This document shows positions 20,011 through 28,758 of a stretch of 64,000 nucleotides of DNA, in pieces. Origin of the DNA: Bdellovibrionales bacterium (GTDB lineage Bacteria > Bdellovibrionota > Bdellovibrionia > Bdellovibrionales > UBA1609); assembly GCA_965203935.1 (NCBI GenBank), contig OZ241921.1:1236276-1300275 (forward strand). Direction: 5' to 3'. The position numbers and the translations under genes are program-made. The notes beneath the pieces are model-generated. The model was not told the origin of the DNA and made no database searches. It saw only the letters and a program-made list of their open reading frames with translations. The first letter of the stretch is position 1. Each line of letters begins with the position of its first letter.

Positions 20011-20166
20011 GAGAAATGTCGCAAACGTCCCTTGCTGGTATATGCAACAAAATTTTTAGAACGCTCTCTGCCTCCAGATGCTCCCATTTTTATTGATATT
20101 GCCGATATAGAAGGTTTTTCTGACTTAATACAATCCGTGGGGTTTACTGTGGGAAGCCTATATTTT
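20011..20166. repeat. right copy of ~156-bp direct duplication flanking the IS
   Basis: By eye, identical to 17907-18062. Confidence 0.85.
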
Positions 20167-20396
20167 AATCAATGGTTTTTTTAATATGCCCGGTCCTTTT
20201 GTAAAATTATATGAAAACACCAGAGATATATCTTGGGGGCGTTATAGCAACATTTTAGCAAGTCAACAGATACAAAATCAAAAATCAAATCCAACATAAT
20301 AACTAAGGTTATTAGAAGGTCATTTTAGAGTTAAAAAAAATAATAAGACAATCTGAAAAAGAAGGAACAAATGCCAGTGAACAGAGAGACAAAAGA

Positions 20397-20510
20397 AAAG
20401 TTTTGATATTTTCTTTCTTCGCCGACACTGTAGAATGGATTTTCGATTTTCTTAAAGAAGAAATAAACAATAATCCAGATCTTACAGAGTATATCAGAAG
20501 AGGACATTAA
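20397..20510 (+). pseudogene. possible helicase C-terminal-domain fragment
   Basis: The short frame KVLIFSFFADTVEWIFDFLKEEINNNPDLTEYIRRGH* resembles the start of SF2/SNF2 helicase C-terminal domains. No intact gene surrounds it. Confidence 0.25.
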
Positions 20511-20713
20511 ACTCATTTGTTGGCTGGCTGTTACTGCTGAATGATTTTTCACGACTGTTGCAAAACGCAATGCAATAAATGCGTTTTGTCGTAAAATCGT
20601 CTTTCAGACGCTTTGCGCTCAATATTTTTGGATAAAAACGGCTGAAGAGCAAGGCTTTTTTGCCTCCGGCTGTTTACAGTTAAAAGAGGTGGCTGTTATA
20701 GTCAGTAGTCAAA

Positions 20714-21628
20714 ATGCTTACAAGGGTAAAAACTCTTAAAGGACAGGTTATCTTGAGTGCGCCGTCTTCTGTTTTTAAAAAAGTGAAACTGATTGAGCTG
20801 AAACTGCGTCGGCGGGTGAGGGATCTGTTTGCCGGGGGATACCATTCCGCCTTTAAAGGCCAGGGGATGATTTTTTCGGATTACCGGCAGTATATTCCGG
20901 GGGATGATGTGCGCGCTATCAGCTGGCCTTTAACGGCCCGTATGGGGGAGCCTTACATAAAGCTTTTTGAGGAGGAAAAGGGAGCTGTTTTTATGATTGT
21001 TATGGATGTGAGCGGTTCTTTTGATTTTGGAAGCAAAAATTTTAAAGGGGAGTCCGCCTGTGAGCAGGCCTCGCTGATTGCTCTCAGTGCGGGAAGAAAT
21101 CAAGACTCTGTCGGGCTTTTGCTTTTTTCAGATCGGGTGGAGCATTATGTTCCCCCGGCCAAGGGGCAAAATCATATTTTAAGAATTGTAAGAGATCTGT
21201 ACTCTTTTAAAAGAAACTCTCTTAAGACGGATGTTTTGCCCGCTTTGGATTTTTTAAACAGAGTTTTAAAAAAAAACTGTCACTTGTTTTTGTTTAGTGA
21301 TTTTTTTATGGACTCTGATTTTGTGTCTTCACTTAAAATAACGGCCCGGCGGCACGATGTGGTGGCGGGCGTGGTGTGTGACCCTTTTGAAAGCCGTATT
21401 CCCGCCTTGGGATTGATGGAACTTCAAGATGCGGAAACAGGGGAAAAAATAACAGTGGACACTTCCTCCTCTAATTTCATAAAAACTTATCAGCAATATA
21501 CAGAAGATCGAAAACAAAAAGTGAAAAACAGCCTTCGGCGGGCCGGTGTGGATCATTTTTTTATTCACACAGATCAGGATATATTTAAACAGCTTATGAT
21601 GTTTATTAAAAAAAGGCGGGAAAGATGA
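20714..21628 (+). CDS. DUF58 domain protein (MoxR-associated VWA-like)
   Basis: GGYHSAFKGQGMIFSDYRQYIPGDDVRAISWPLTARMGEPYIKLFEEE is the classic DUF58 signature. Confidence 0.85.
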   Translation: MLTRVKTLKGQVILSAPSSVFKKVKLIELKLRRRVRDLFAGGYHSAFKGQGMIFSDYRQYIPGDDVRAISWPLTARMGEPYIKLFEEEKGAVFMIVMDVSGSFDFGSKNFKGESACEQASLIALSAGRNQDSVGLLLFSDRVEHYVPPAKGQNHILRIVRDLYSFKRNSLKTDVLPALDFLNRVLKKNCHLFLFSDFFMDSDFVSSLKITARRHDVVAGVVCDPFESRIPALGLMELQDAETGEKITVDTSSSNFIKTYQQYTEDRKQKVKNSLRRAGVDHFFIHTDQDIFKQLMMFIKKRRER

Positions 21629-22515
21629 AAGATGGTGAAAGCGCTGTCTGCCAGTTTAAAAAGCAAAAAAAGCCTCTTACTGTGGGGGATGTTTTTGAAC
21701 TGCATTGCAAGTGGCCTCCTTTTGTTTTTTTGTCTTCTCCGGCGCGCATTGAATTTCCTCCGCCAAAGGGCAAAGATCAAACAAAAGGCTCTCAAGTTAA
21801 GGCGCCGAAAAATCCTTACACTTTGACGCTTTTGGATACGGTAAGTCTTCTTCCGGGAAAGGGGGTTTTTAAAGTCACCGGTTATTCCCCCGGTGTGTAC
21901 CATACCGGTTTTAAAATTGTAAGTGATGAAGGGGTGGTGAATGTTAAGCCTCTTTCCTGGAGGGTGGAGTCTGTTATCCCCCAAAAAAGCAAAGGGACCA
22001 TAAAACCCTTTCCCCCTTACGGCCCCTGGGGTGAGGCTTTGCCTTTTTGGCATAAAAGCTTAAGCGCTTTAAGTCTTTTGGCTTTGTTGGTGTTTACAGT
22101 TTTGAAAATCAGGTTTTTTATCAGAAAAAAAAGAAAAACCAAGGAGGTAAAAGACCGCTTAAAAGGCAAAGATCCTTTTCGTGAATTTATAAGCCGGTTG
22201 AACCTGCTGGCTCGGAAAATTCAGCAAGAGGAGGAAAAAAATTTTGTTTTAACATTAAGAAAAACCTTTTGCCTTTTTTTGGAAAATGAGTTTTGTATTT
22301 TTGCTCTGAACGAAAAATCAGAAAAGATCTTTTATCGCTTAAAAACATCCTGGCCGCTTGTGTACAAAGACAGCAAGATTGCCGGTTTGTTTAAAGAAAT
22401 GGACCGGCTTTCTTTAGAAAAAACAAAAGCCATTGATCGCGGACAATTGCTGAATATGGCCCGGGAAGTTGCCATTAAGATATATCAACACCGGCAGGCA
22501 AAGGAGGGATTTTGA
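21625..22515 (+). CDS. hypothetical single-pass membrane protein of the Bat-like operon
   Basis: 296-aa ORF translationally coupled on both sides. One central TM helix (LSALSLLALLVFTVLKI) followed by a basic stretch. Confidence 0.5.
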   Translation: MKDGESAVCQFKKQKKPLTVGDVFELHCKWPPFVFLSSPARIEFPPPKGKDQTKGSQVKAPKNPYTLTLLDTVSLLPGKGVFKVTGYSPGVYHTGFKIVSDEGVVNVKPLSWRVESVIPQKSKGTIKPFPPYGPWGEALPFWHKSLSALSLLALLVFTVLKIRFFIRKKRKTKEVKDRLKGKDPFREFISRLNLLARKIQQEEEKNFVLTLRKTFCLFLENEFCIFALNEKSEKIFYRLKTSWPLVYKDSKIAGLFKEMDRLSLEKTKAIDRGQLLNMAREVAIKIYQHRQAKEGF

Positions 22516-23528
22516 TATTTTGGAAATATCCTCAGGCTTTTTGGCTGTTTGTCCCTTTGGCGGTTTTTTTTCTGTATTATTTTTTGAGGGGCAGACAAAA
22601 AAAAAGCTCTTTTCGTATCAGCGGCCTTTCTTCAGTGGTTTTAAAAAAAACCCTTAGGGCGCGCCTTTCCGAATTGCCTGCGGTTTTGCAGTTTGCGGGT
22701 CTTTTTATGTTGATTTTGGCTCTGGCCCGTCCGCAGACAGTGGACACTCAAGTAAACCGCAGTGCCGAGGGGATAGATATTGTGATCGTGCTGGACACTT
22801 CGGACTCTATGTTGATAGAGGATATGTATCCGGGAAACCGCATTGATTCCGCCAAAAAGGTGATTAAAAATTTTATAAGCGGTTTGGTGTATGACCGTGT
22901 GGCTTTGCTTGTTTTTTCAGGGGAGTCTTATACAAAAGTGCCTCTGACTTTGGATTACGGCGTGCTGTTAAGCGGTGTGGATGAAGTGCGGGTCAGCCAC
23001 TACGACCCTTATATCGCCAAAGGAACAGCCATAGGGGTGGCCTTGGCAAATGCGGTGGCCCGTTTGCGCAAGTCTGAAGCCAAAAGCAAGGTGGTGATTT
23101 TTCTAACAGACGGAGAAGACAATGTAGGGGTGATAACTCCTGAAACGGCTTTGGATATTGTAAAGCGCTATGATATACGCGTTTATACAATAGGTGTGGG
23201 AGGAAAAACCGGCATGACCCGTATCCCAAGGGAGGTTAAAGATCACGCCGGCCGAAAAAAAATTGTTTATCAAAAAATTGAGACAAAAATAAACGAGCCT
23301 TTGCTTAAAAAAATAGCGGGCGAAACAGGGGGAAAGTATTTTAGGGCGGGTAATGCAAAAGCTTTGGAAGTGATTTTTTCTGAAATAAGCGGGCTTGAAA
23401 AAAGCAAAGTGGAGCTTAAACAATGGAAACAGTATAAAGATCTGTTTCCGGGTTTTTTGGAAAAATCCGCTTTGCTGTACCTTACGGCGCTTTTGCTTTC
23501 TTTTTCCTTTTTCTGGAAAGTGGTTTAA
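22512..23528 (+). CDS. VWA domain-containing membrane protein (BatA-like)
   Basis: N-terminal TM helices, MIDAS motif DIVIVLDTSDSM, VIFLTDGEDN and a C-terminal TM helix. Confidence 0.85.
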   Translation: MIFWKYPQAFWLFVPLAVFFLYYFLRGRQKKSSFRISGLSSVVLKKTLRARLSELPAVLQFAGLFMLILALARPQTVDTQVNRSAEGIDIVIVLDTSDSMLIEDMYPGNRIDSAKKVIKNFISGLVYDRVALLVFSGESYTKVPLTLDYGVLLSGVDEVRVSHYDPYIAKGTAIGVALANAVARLRKSEAKSKVVIFLTDGEDNVGVITPETALDIVKRYDIRVYTIGVGGKTGMTRIPREVKDHAGRKKIVYQKIETKINEPLLKKIAGETGGKYFRAGNAKALEVIFSEISGLEKSKVELKQWKQYKDLFPGFLEKSALLYLTALLLSFSFFWKVV

Positions 23529-23581
23529 GCGCGCGCCCTCATCGAAAGAAGTCGGTTTATATAAAGTCAGGATTAAAAAAT

Positions 23582-25867
23582 ATGAACAAGAAAAAAATGT
23601 TAAAGCATTATCGTCTGACAGAAGAAGAGTACCGGAGTATTAAAAAGCGTTTAAACCGCAGTCCCTCCCGCTTGGAGCTGGCTTTGTTTTCCGCTTTGTG
23701 GAGTGAGCATTGTTCTTATAAAAGCTCCGCTACGCACTTAAAAAAACTTTTTTTTAAATCTCCCCGTGTGCTGAGCGCGCAGGCTGAGAATGCCGGAGTA
23801 ATTGACTTGGGCCGGGGGGAGAAAGCGGCTTTTAAAATTGAAAGCCACAATCACCCCTCCCGCATTGTGCCTTATCACGGCGCCGCCACCGGGGTGGGGG
23901 GCATTTTGCGGGATGTGTTTATTATGAACGCCCGACCTGTGATTTTGGCGAATTATCTTTGTTTTGGCGATCCCGCTTATAATCTTACGGCGGAGCTGGT
24001 GGATGGAGTGGTGTGGGGGATTGGGGGCTACGGCAACTCCATTGGCATTCCCACACTCACCGGGCAAACGGAGTTTCACCCTTCCTACAATGAAAACAAT
24101 ATTGTAAACGCTTTGGCCTTGGGCTTTCTCGCGCCGGAAGAAAAAGTTATGAGCGCTGTAGCCAAAGGCCCCGGCAACCTGTTGGTGTATGCGGGCGCGC
24201 GCACAGGAAGAGACGGCATTCACGGCGCCTCTATGGCCAGTGAATCTTTTGAGGAAGAGGAGGGGGAAAAAACCTGCGTACAGATAGGAGATCCCTTTTA
24301 CGGAAAGCTGTTGATGGAGTCTTGTTTGGAGGTGATGAAAAAAGACCTTGTTATATCGGCGCAAGACATGGGCGCGGCCGGTTTAATCAGCTCCGGCTTT
24401 GAAATGATTTTCAAAGGGGGCTTGGGCATGCGGCTTTATCTTGACCGCGTTCCCCTGCGGGACAGCGGTATGACAGCCGAAGAAATTCTGCTTTCGGAAA
24501 GTCAGGAAAGAGCTTTGCTTGTGGTTCAGCCGGATAAATATACAGCCTTGGAAAAAGTTTTTAAAAAATGGGGGCTTTCAGTCTTTGTGATAGGGGAGCT
24601 GAAAAAAGAACAAAATGCTGAGCTTTTTTGGAAAAAAGACCTGCTGATTAAAATCCCTTGCCGGGTTTTAAAGGCGCCCCGTTACCATCGCCCTTACCGC
24701 AAGTGGAAAGCCGGGCACAGAGTAAAAAAATCCGCACAAACAAAGCTTATTAACCTGCGGACAGCTACCCTGCGGACCGCTCCCCTGCGGACCGCTAAAC
24801 TGCGGACAGCGCCAAACAACAAAGCAAAAAAAATTCTTCTTTCTCTTTTAGAAGATATAAGGGGATGCAGTAGGGAGTTTATATACAGTCAGTACGATCA
24901 AAGAGTGGGTGCTGTTACAGTAAAAGATTGCTCTTTTCCTTTTGGTGTTATTCGTCTTCCTTCTTCGGGCAGACTGCTCGCTCTTTGTATGGGCGGCAGA
25001 CCTCATATTATGAGGATGGACAGCCTGCAAGGGGGGCAGGATGCGGTTTATGAACCGGCTTTGCAACTTGCAGGCCGTGGCTTTACCCCTTTGGCTTTAA
25101 CAGACGGGCTGAACTTCGGCTCCCCGGAAAAAGAAAAGGTGATGAGCACATTTGTGGCCTGCGTGGAGGGTATGGCAAAAGCCTCCCGCTCGCTTAAAAC
25201 TCCTGTGGTGAGCGGCAATGTAAGTTTTTATAATGAAACAAAAGGCAAAGCCGTAAGCCCCACCCCGGCTGTGGGTATGGCGGGCCTTAGAGATTGCTCG
25301 TCTGATTCGGCCCCCCATGAGTTTTCTCGAAGAAAAACTGTAAGTCTTTCTTCCGGGGTGTATCTTTTCAGCGCGCGCCAAGTTTTTTTTAACGGTTTGA
25401 TTGCGGAGCTGTACGGCAAGCCCCCTGCTTTTTATGGCTCTTTGAAACCGGATATGTGCCGGGACTTTACTCATGCCGTATTAAAAGCCTCTCTATCGGC
25501 CCGGCCCGAGGCTATTCGTTTGGTCGGAAAGTTCGGCCTGGCCTACACCTTGGCCCGCATGGTGATGGAGGATTTTTCAGCTCCTGACTTAAGTACAGAG
25601 CAAAAAAAGACCGGATCTTCCTTGGAAATAAAAACAAGCCACAATCTTTTTGAGGAAAGGCTTTATGAATTTATTGTTGTGTTAAACGCCAAGGCTTTTT
25701 CTGTTTGGAAAAATATTTTTTCCTCCTTTAAGGTGGAAAAACTGGGCTTTGTGTGTGAAAAACCGGTTTTATCCCTTAACGATATTTGTTTGCCTTTGAC
25801 TCAGATAAAACGGGCTTATCAGTCCGGCTGGAGCAAAGCTTTTAAAAACAGCCCCGCTGAAAAATAA
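23582..25867 (+). CDS. purL: phosphoribosylformylglycinamidine synthase subunit PurL
   Basis: 761-aa ORF. SEHCSYKSS, ESHNHPS and GGYGNSIGIPT motifs of the small-type PurL. Confidence 0.9.
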   Translation: MNKKKMLKHYRLTEEEYRSIKKRLNRSPSRLELALFSALWSEHCSYKSSATHLKKLFFKSPRVLSAQAENAGVIDLGRGEKAAFKIESHNHPSRIVPYHGAATGVGGILRDVFIMNARPVILANYLCFGDPAYNLTAELVDGVVWGIGGYGNSIGIPTLTGQTEFHPSYNENNIVNALALGFLAPEEKVMSAVAKGPGNLLVYAGARTGRDGIHGASMASESFEEEEGEKTCVQIGDPFYGKLLMESCLEVMKKDLVISAQDMGAAGLISSGFEMIFKGGLGMRLYLDRVPLRDSGMTAEEILLSESQERALLVVQPDKYTALEKVFKKWGLSVFVIGELKKEQNAELFWKKDLLIKIPCRVLKAPRYHRPYRKWKAGHRVKKSAQTKLINLRTATLRTAPLRTAKLRTAPNNKAKKILLSLLEDIRGCSREFIYSQYDQRVGAVTVKDCSFPFGVIRLPSSGRLLALCMGGRPHIMRMDSLQGGQDAVYEPALQLAGRGFTPLALTDGLNFGSPEKEKVMSTFVACVEGMAKASRSLKTPVVSGNVSFYNETKGKAVSPTPAVGMAGLRDCSSDSAPHEFSRRKTVSLSSGVYLFSARQVFFNGLIAELYGKPPAFYGSLKPDMCRDFTHAVLKASLSARPEAIRLVGKFGLAYTLARMVMEDFSAPDLSTEQKKTGSSLEIKTSHNLFEERLYEFIVVLNAKAFSVWKNIFSSFKVEKLGFVCEKPVLSLNDICLPLTQIKRAYQSGWSKAFKNSPAEK

Positions 25868-26049
25868 AACATTATTTCGCAGTAATCTTCAGCCTGTGTG
25901 ACCGCCGGCCCTATATCCAGCCTTATGCCCCGGGAGATTTTGAAACTTGCCAAAATTAAATAAAAACAGCCTTATTTCCATGTAAATTTTACAGCCTTCA
26001 CAAAAAAAGCTTGCCGGATTTGCGGTTTTTGATTATAAAGTCCGATACA

Positions 26050-26877
26050 ATGAAACTTATCTTTATACTTTTTGCCTGTTTTATGGCTCACAGCAAAGCT
26101 TTTGCTCAATCAAACAGCCCTTTGACCCCGTACCGGACAAGTTATGATATATGCGGGACTGATTATATCAAAAAAGATAAAAGAACAATGGAAATGTTGC
26201 GTGTAGGTTATTATCCGTGGGGTGTTTGTCATTCTTACTATGCCGAGTTTTCAAGAGAAGAAAGGGAATGGACAAGGCAGGCTATGGAAACATGGAATGC
26301 CGAGTATAAAAATTATCTGCTAAGAAGGTGGGGGACTACTGATATGGTCAATATCCCGGACGGGCCTTTGTTTGTGGAGTCTTGCAATAGTGATAAGCGG
26401 AATATTATTTACACAGGAAAAAAACGCATGAGCAGGGCTTGGGCCTATTATTCCCCGCGTGACTATCCGGATTTTTCATGGTTTCATGGTATTATAGTTT
26501 TTTCCAGTTATTGGGAATGGCCGGAGCTGGTTTTTATAAATGTTATGATCCATGAATTAGGGCATGCCCTTGGTCTTCCGCATGTGAGAGATCACGGGAA
26601 ATATAATCGGGATAAAAATTTATCAGAGTTTATGATCCCTCAGGGCTTTGGCTGTGAGTTTGAAGATAGAATTTGCGATTTTACAGACTATGACTTTGAA
26701 ACTTTTATCGCGCCTTTTCCGGGACGGCCTATGACAACATCTGATCCGCGGTACATAGAGAGAGAAAGAGAAGCAGAAAGACGAAGACGATTTAATGCAG
26801 AATGGGCTTGTCCGAGTAGAAATAAGTTGTTTTCTCACAGGCAAAGCTATGATACAAGTGGCTGTATAAGGTATTAA
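26050..26877 (+). CDS. secreted metzincin-type zinc metalloprotease
   Basis: Signal peptide MKLIFILFACFMAHSKAFA and extended zinc motif HELGHALGLPH (HExxHxxGxxH). Confidence 0.7.
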   Translation: MKLIFILFACFMAHSKAFAQSNSPLTPYRTSYDICGTDYIKKDKRTMEMLRVGYYPWGVCHSYYAEFSREEREWTRQAMETWNAEYKNYLLRRWGTTDMVNIPDGPLFVESCNSDKRNIIYTGKKRMSRAWAYYSPRDYPDFSWFHGIIVFSSYWEWPELVFINVMIHELGHALGLPHVRDHGKYNRDKNLSEFMIPQGFGCEFEDRICDFTDYDFETFIAPFPGRPMTTSDPRYIEREREAERRRRFNAEWACPSRNKLFSHRQSYDTSGCIRY

Positions 26878-26878
26878 A

Positions 26879-27187
26879 ATGAAATACATAATAACACTTA
26901 TCTTTATTCTTTTGTTTGTGTCTTGCGATTGCAAAAAGTCTGTTCGGATTGATAAAAGGTGTATGAAAATAAGAGCTGAAGCACGCAAAAAAGGATATGA
27001 AACCGGAGTGTGTTATAAACCCGCTAAAGGGGAGTTGATTACTTCAAGTGAAGCTAAACGCCTTGACCCGGATCGTGAAGCTTGCAAAGCAATATTGGAT
27101 GAAGCATATAAAAAGTGTGATGCTTTACCGCCCCCCAGTAAAGATGACATAGAATGGCTTAGCGGCTCTTCTTTCGGCGGTTGTTAA
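26879..27187 (+). CDS. small Cys-containing lipoprotein
   Basis: 102-aa ORF starting 1 nt after the protease stop. Lipobox LFVSC. Confidence 0.5.
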   Translation: MKYIITLIFILLFVSCDCKKSVRIDKRCMKIRAEARKKGYETGVCYKPAKGELITSSEAKRLDPDREACKAILDEAYKKCDALPPPSKDDIEWLSGSSFGGC

Positions 27188-27239
27188 AAGCGTTTTGAAA
27201 CAAGTTTGTTGCGACGGCACTCTGATTCTCCATATTATT

Positions 27240-27645
27240 TTGTGAAAAGGGGGTTCAAAACGAGTTCGGCGGTTTAGCAACCTTTTTCATGCCGGACTAA
27301 TTAGTCCCCCGTGAAAAACCCTTGTTATTTGTGGCATAAGCAAAAGCCTCGCCGGTGAGAGTCCAAGGTATTCCGTCTCGAACAAGGCGGGGTTTTGCTT
27401 ATGCCAACTATGAAAACCAACCTTTTTCACGCCCCACTAATTATTAGCCTGTGAAAAAGTATCCCCTTAAGCATTTTTGTCCAAAGTCCGTGCCGTGAGG
27501 CGAAAGGCCAACAATTTGGCCTTTCGTTTCTTTTTGTTTGTTCGTAAAACTGAAAGCCCTATCCGTAGGGCTTTCAGCCCGAAACGGTGCGGACTTTGGA
27601 CAAAAACAGCTAAAGAACAAAGGTTTTTCACGGGCGGATAATTAT
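27240..27645. repeat. mosaic palindromic intergenic repeat array (four modules)
   Basis: Partial GTGAAAAGGGGGTTCAAAA module, a GCTTATGCCA-type module (27321-27441) and a TTTTTGTCCAAAGTCCG-type module (27451-27631). The last is the reverse complement of 2842-3022. Confidence 0.85.
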
Positions 27646-27706
27646 AAAGTTAATATGTTCATCTTTGCTTGAAATTAAGAGTAATGATCATTATGATGGG
27701 ATTGTT

Positions 27707-28756
27707 ATGTCTGTTCAAGAGCTTAAACAAAAATTACAGACTGTGTTTCAGTCCGCTGAAGAGGGCTTAAAATCCGCTCAAAATTCCTCAGATCTTTATA
27801 CATTAAAAACCCGTTTTATGGGTGGCAAAAGCGATTTTCAAAGAATAATAAAAGAAATGAAAAATCTTTCCCCGGAGGAAAAACCGGCTTTTGGAAAGTG
27901 GCTGAACGAAAGAAAAAAAACTTTAGAAGACATGTACACTGTTTTATTTAAAGAGCTTAGAGCGCGGGAATTTCAGCAAAAAATAAAAAAGGAAAAAGCG
28001 GATCTCAGTTTGCCGGGGCCTGAGCATCAGGCGGGGGGTCTTCACCCGGTACAGCTGATGATTCAAAAAACAGTGGACATATTTAAGTCCTTGGGATACA
28101 GCGTGCGCACAGGCCCTTTGATTGAAAGCGATTGGAATAATTTTCAGGCCTTGAATATCCCTTTAGCTCATCCCTCCCGCGATCTTCAAGACACTTTTTA
28201 TATTGATTCCGATCATGTTTTGCGCACACATACCAGCCCCATTCAGGTGCGCAGTATGTTGGAGGAAAAACCGCCTATGGCTGTTTTGGCCCCTGGTAAG
28301 GTGTTTCGCCGGGATAACGACATGTCTCATTCCCCCACTTTTCATCAAGTGGAGGGGATGTTTATTGACAGGCATGTTTCAATGGCTCATTTAAAAGGCG
28401 CGCTTTCCTTTTTTGTAAAAAAGCTTTTTGGCTCCAAAACCCGTGTGCGGCTTCGCCCCAGCTATTTTCCTTTTACAGAGCCTTCTGCGGAATATGACTG
28501 CTCCTGCCCGATCTGTAAAATGAAGGGCTGTTCCTTATGCAAACAAAGCGGATGGATAGAGATCGGAGGCTGTGGCCTGATGCACCCTAAAGTTCTGAGG
28601 CTTTCCCATATCCCGCCTGAAAAATGGCAAGGCTTTGCTTTTGGCTTGGGGATGGAGAGGCTGGCCATTGTGTATTACGGCATCCCGAATATTAAATTGT
28701 TTTTGGAAAATAATATTCAATTTTTAGAGCAATTTCCTTTTAAAGGGAGGCTTTAA
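27707..28756 (+). CDS. pheS: phenylalanine--tRNA ligase alpha subunit
   Basis: Class II aaRS motifs (FRRDNDMSHSPTFHQVEG, GFAFGLGMERLA). ATG 27707 is preferred over the track start at 27665. Confidence 0.9.
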   Translation: MSVQELKQKLQTVFQSAEEGLKSAQNSSDLYTLKTRFMGGKSDFQRIIKEMKNLSPEEKPAFGKWLNERKKTLEDMYTVLFKELRAREFQQKIKKEKADLSLPGPEHQAGGLHPVQLMIQKTVDIFKSLGYSVRTGPLIESDWNNFQALNIPLAHPSRDLQDTFYIDSDHVLRTHTSPIQVRSMLEEKPPMAVLAPGKVFRRDNDMSHSPTFHQVEGMFIDRHVSMAHLKGALSFFVKKLFGSKTRVRLRPSYFPFTEPSAEYDCSCPICKMKGCSLCKQSGWIEIGGCGLMHPKVLRLSHIPPEKWQGFAFGLGMERLAIVYYGIPNIKLFLENNIQFLEQFPFKGRL

Positions 28757-28758
28757 GA

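Noticed and set aside
23738-24364. 208-aa minus-strand ORF
   Set aside because: Antisense to the well-supported purL, with no motifs.
27240-27706. Possible T-box leader upstream of pheS
   Set aside because: The whole spacer is accounted for by repeat modules shared with unrelated loci. I could not find a T-box sequence or specifier-loop arrangement.
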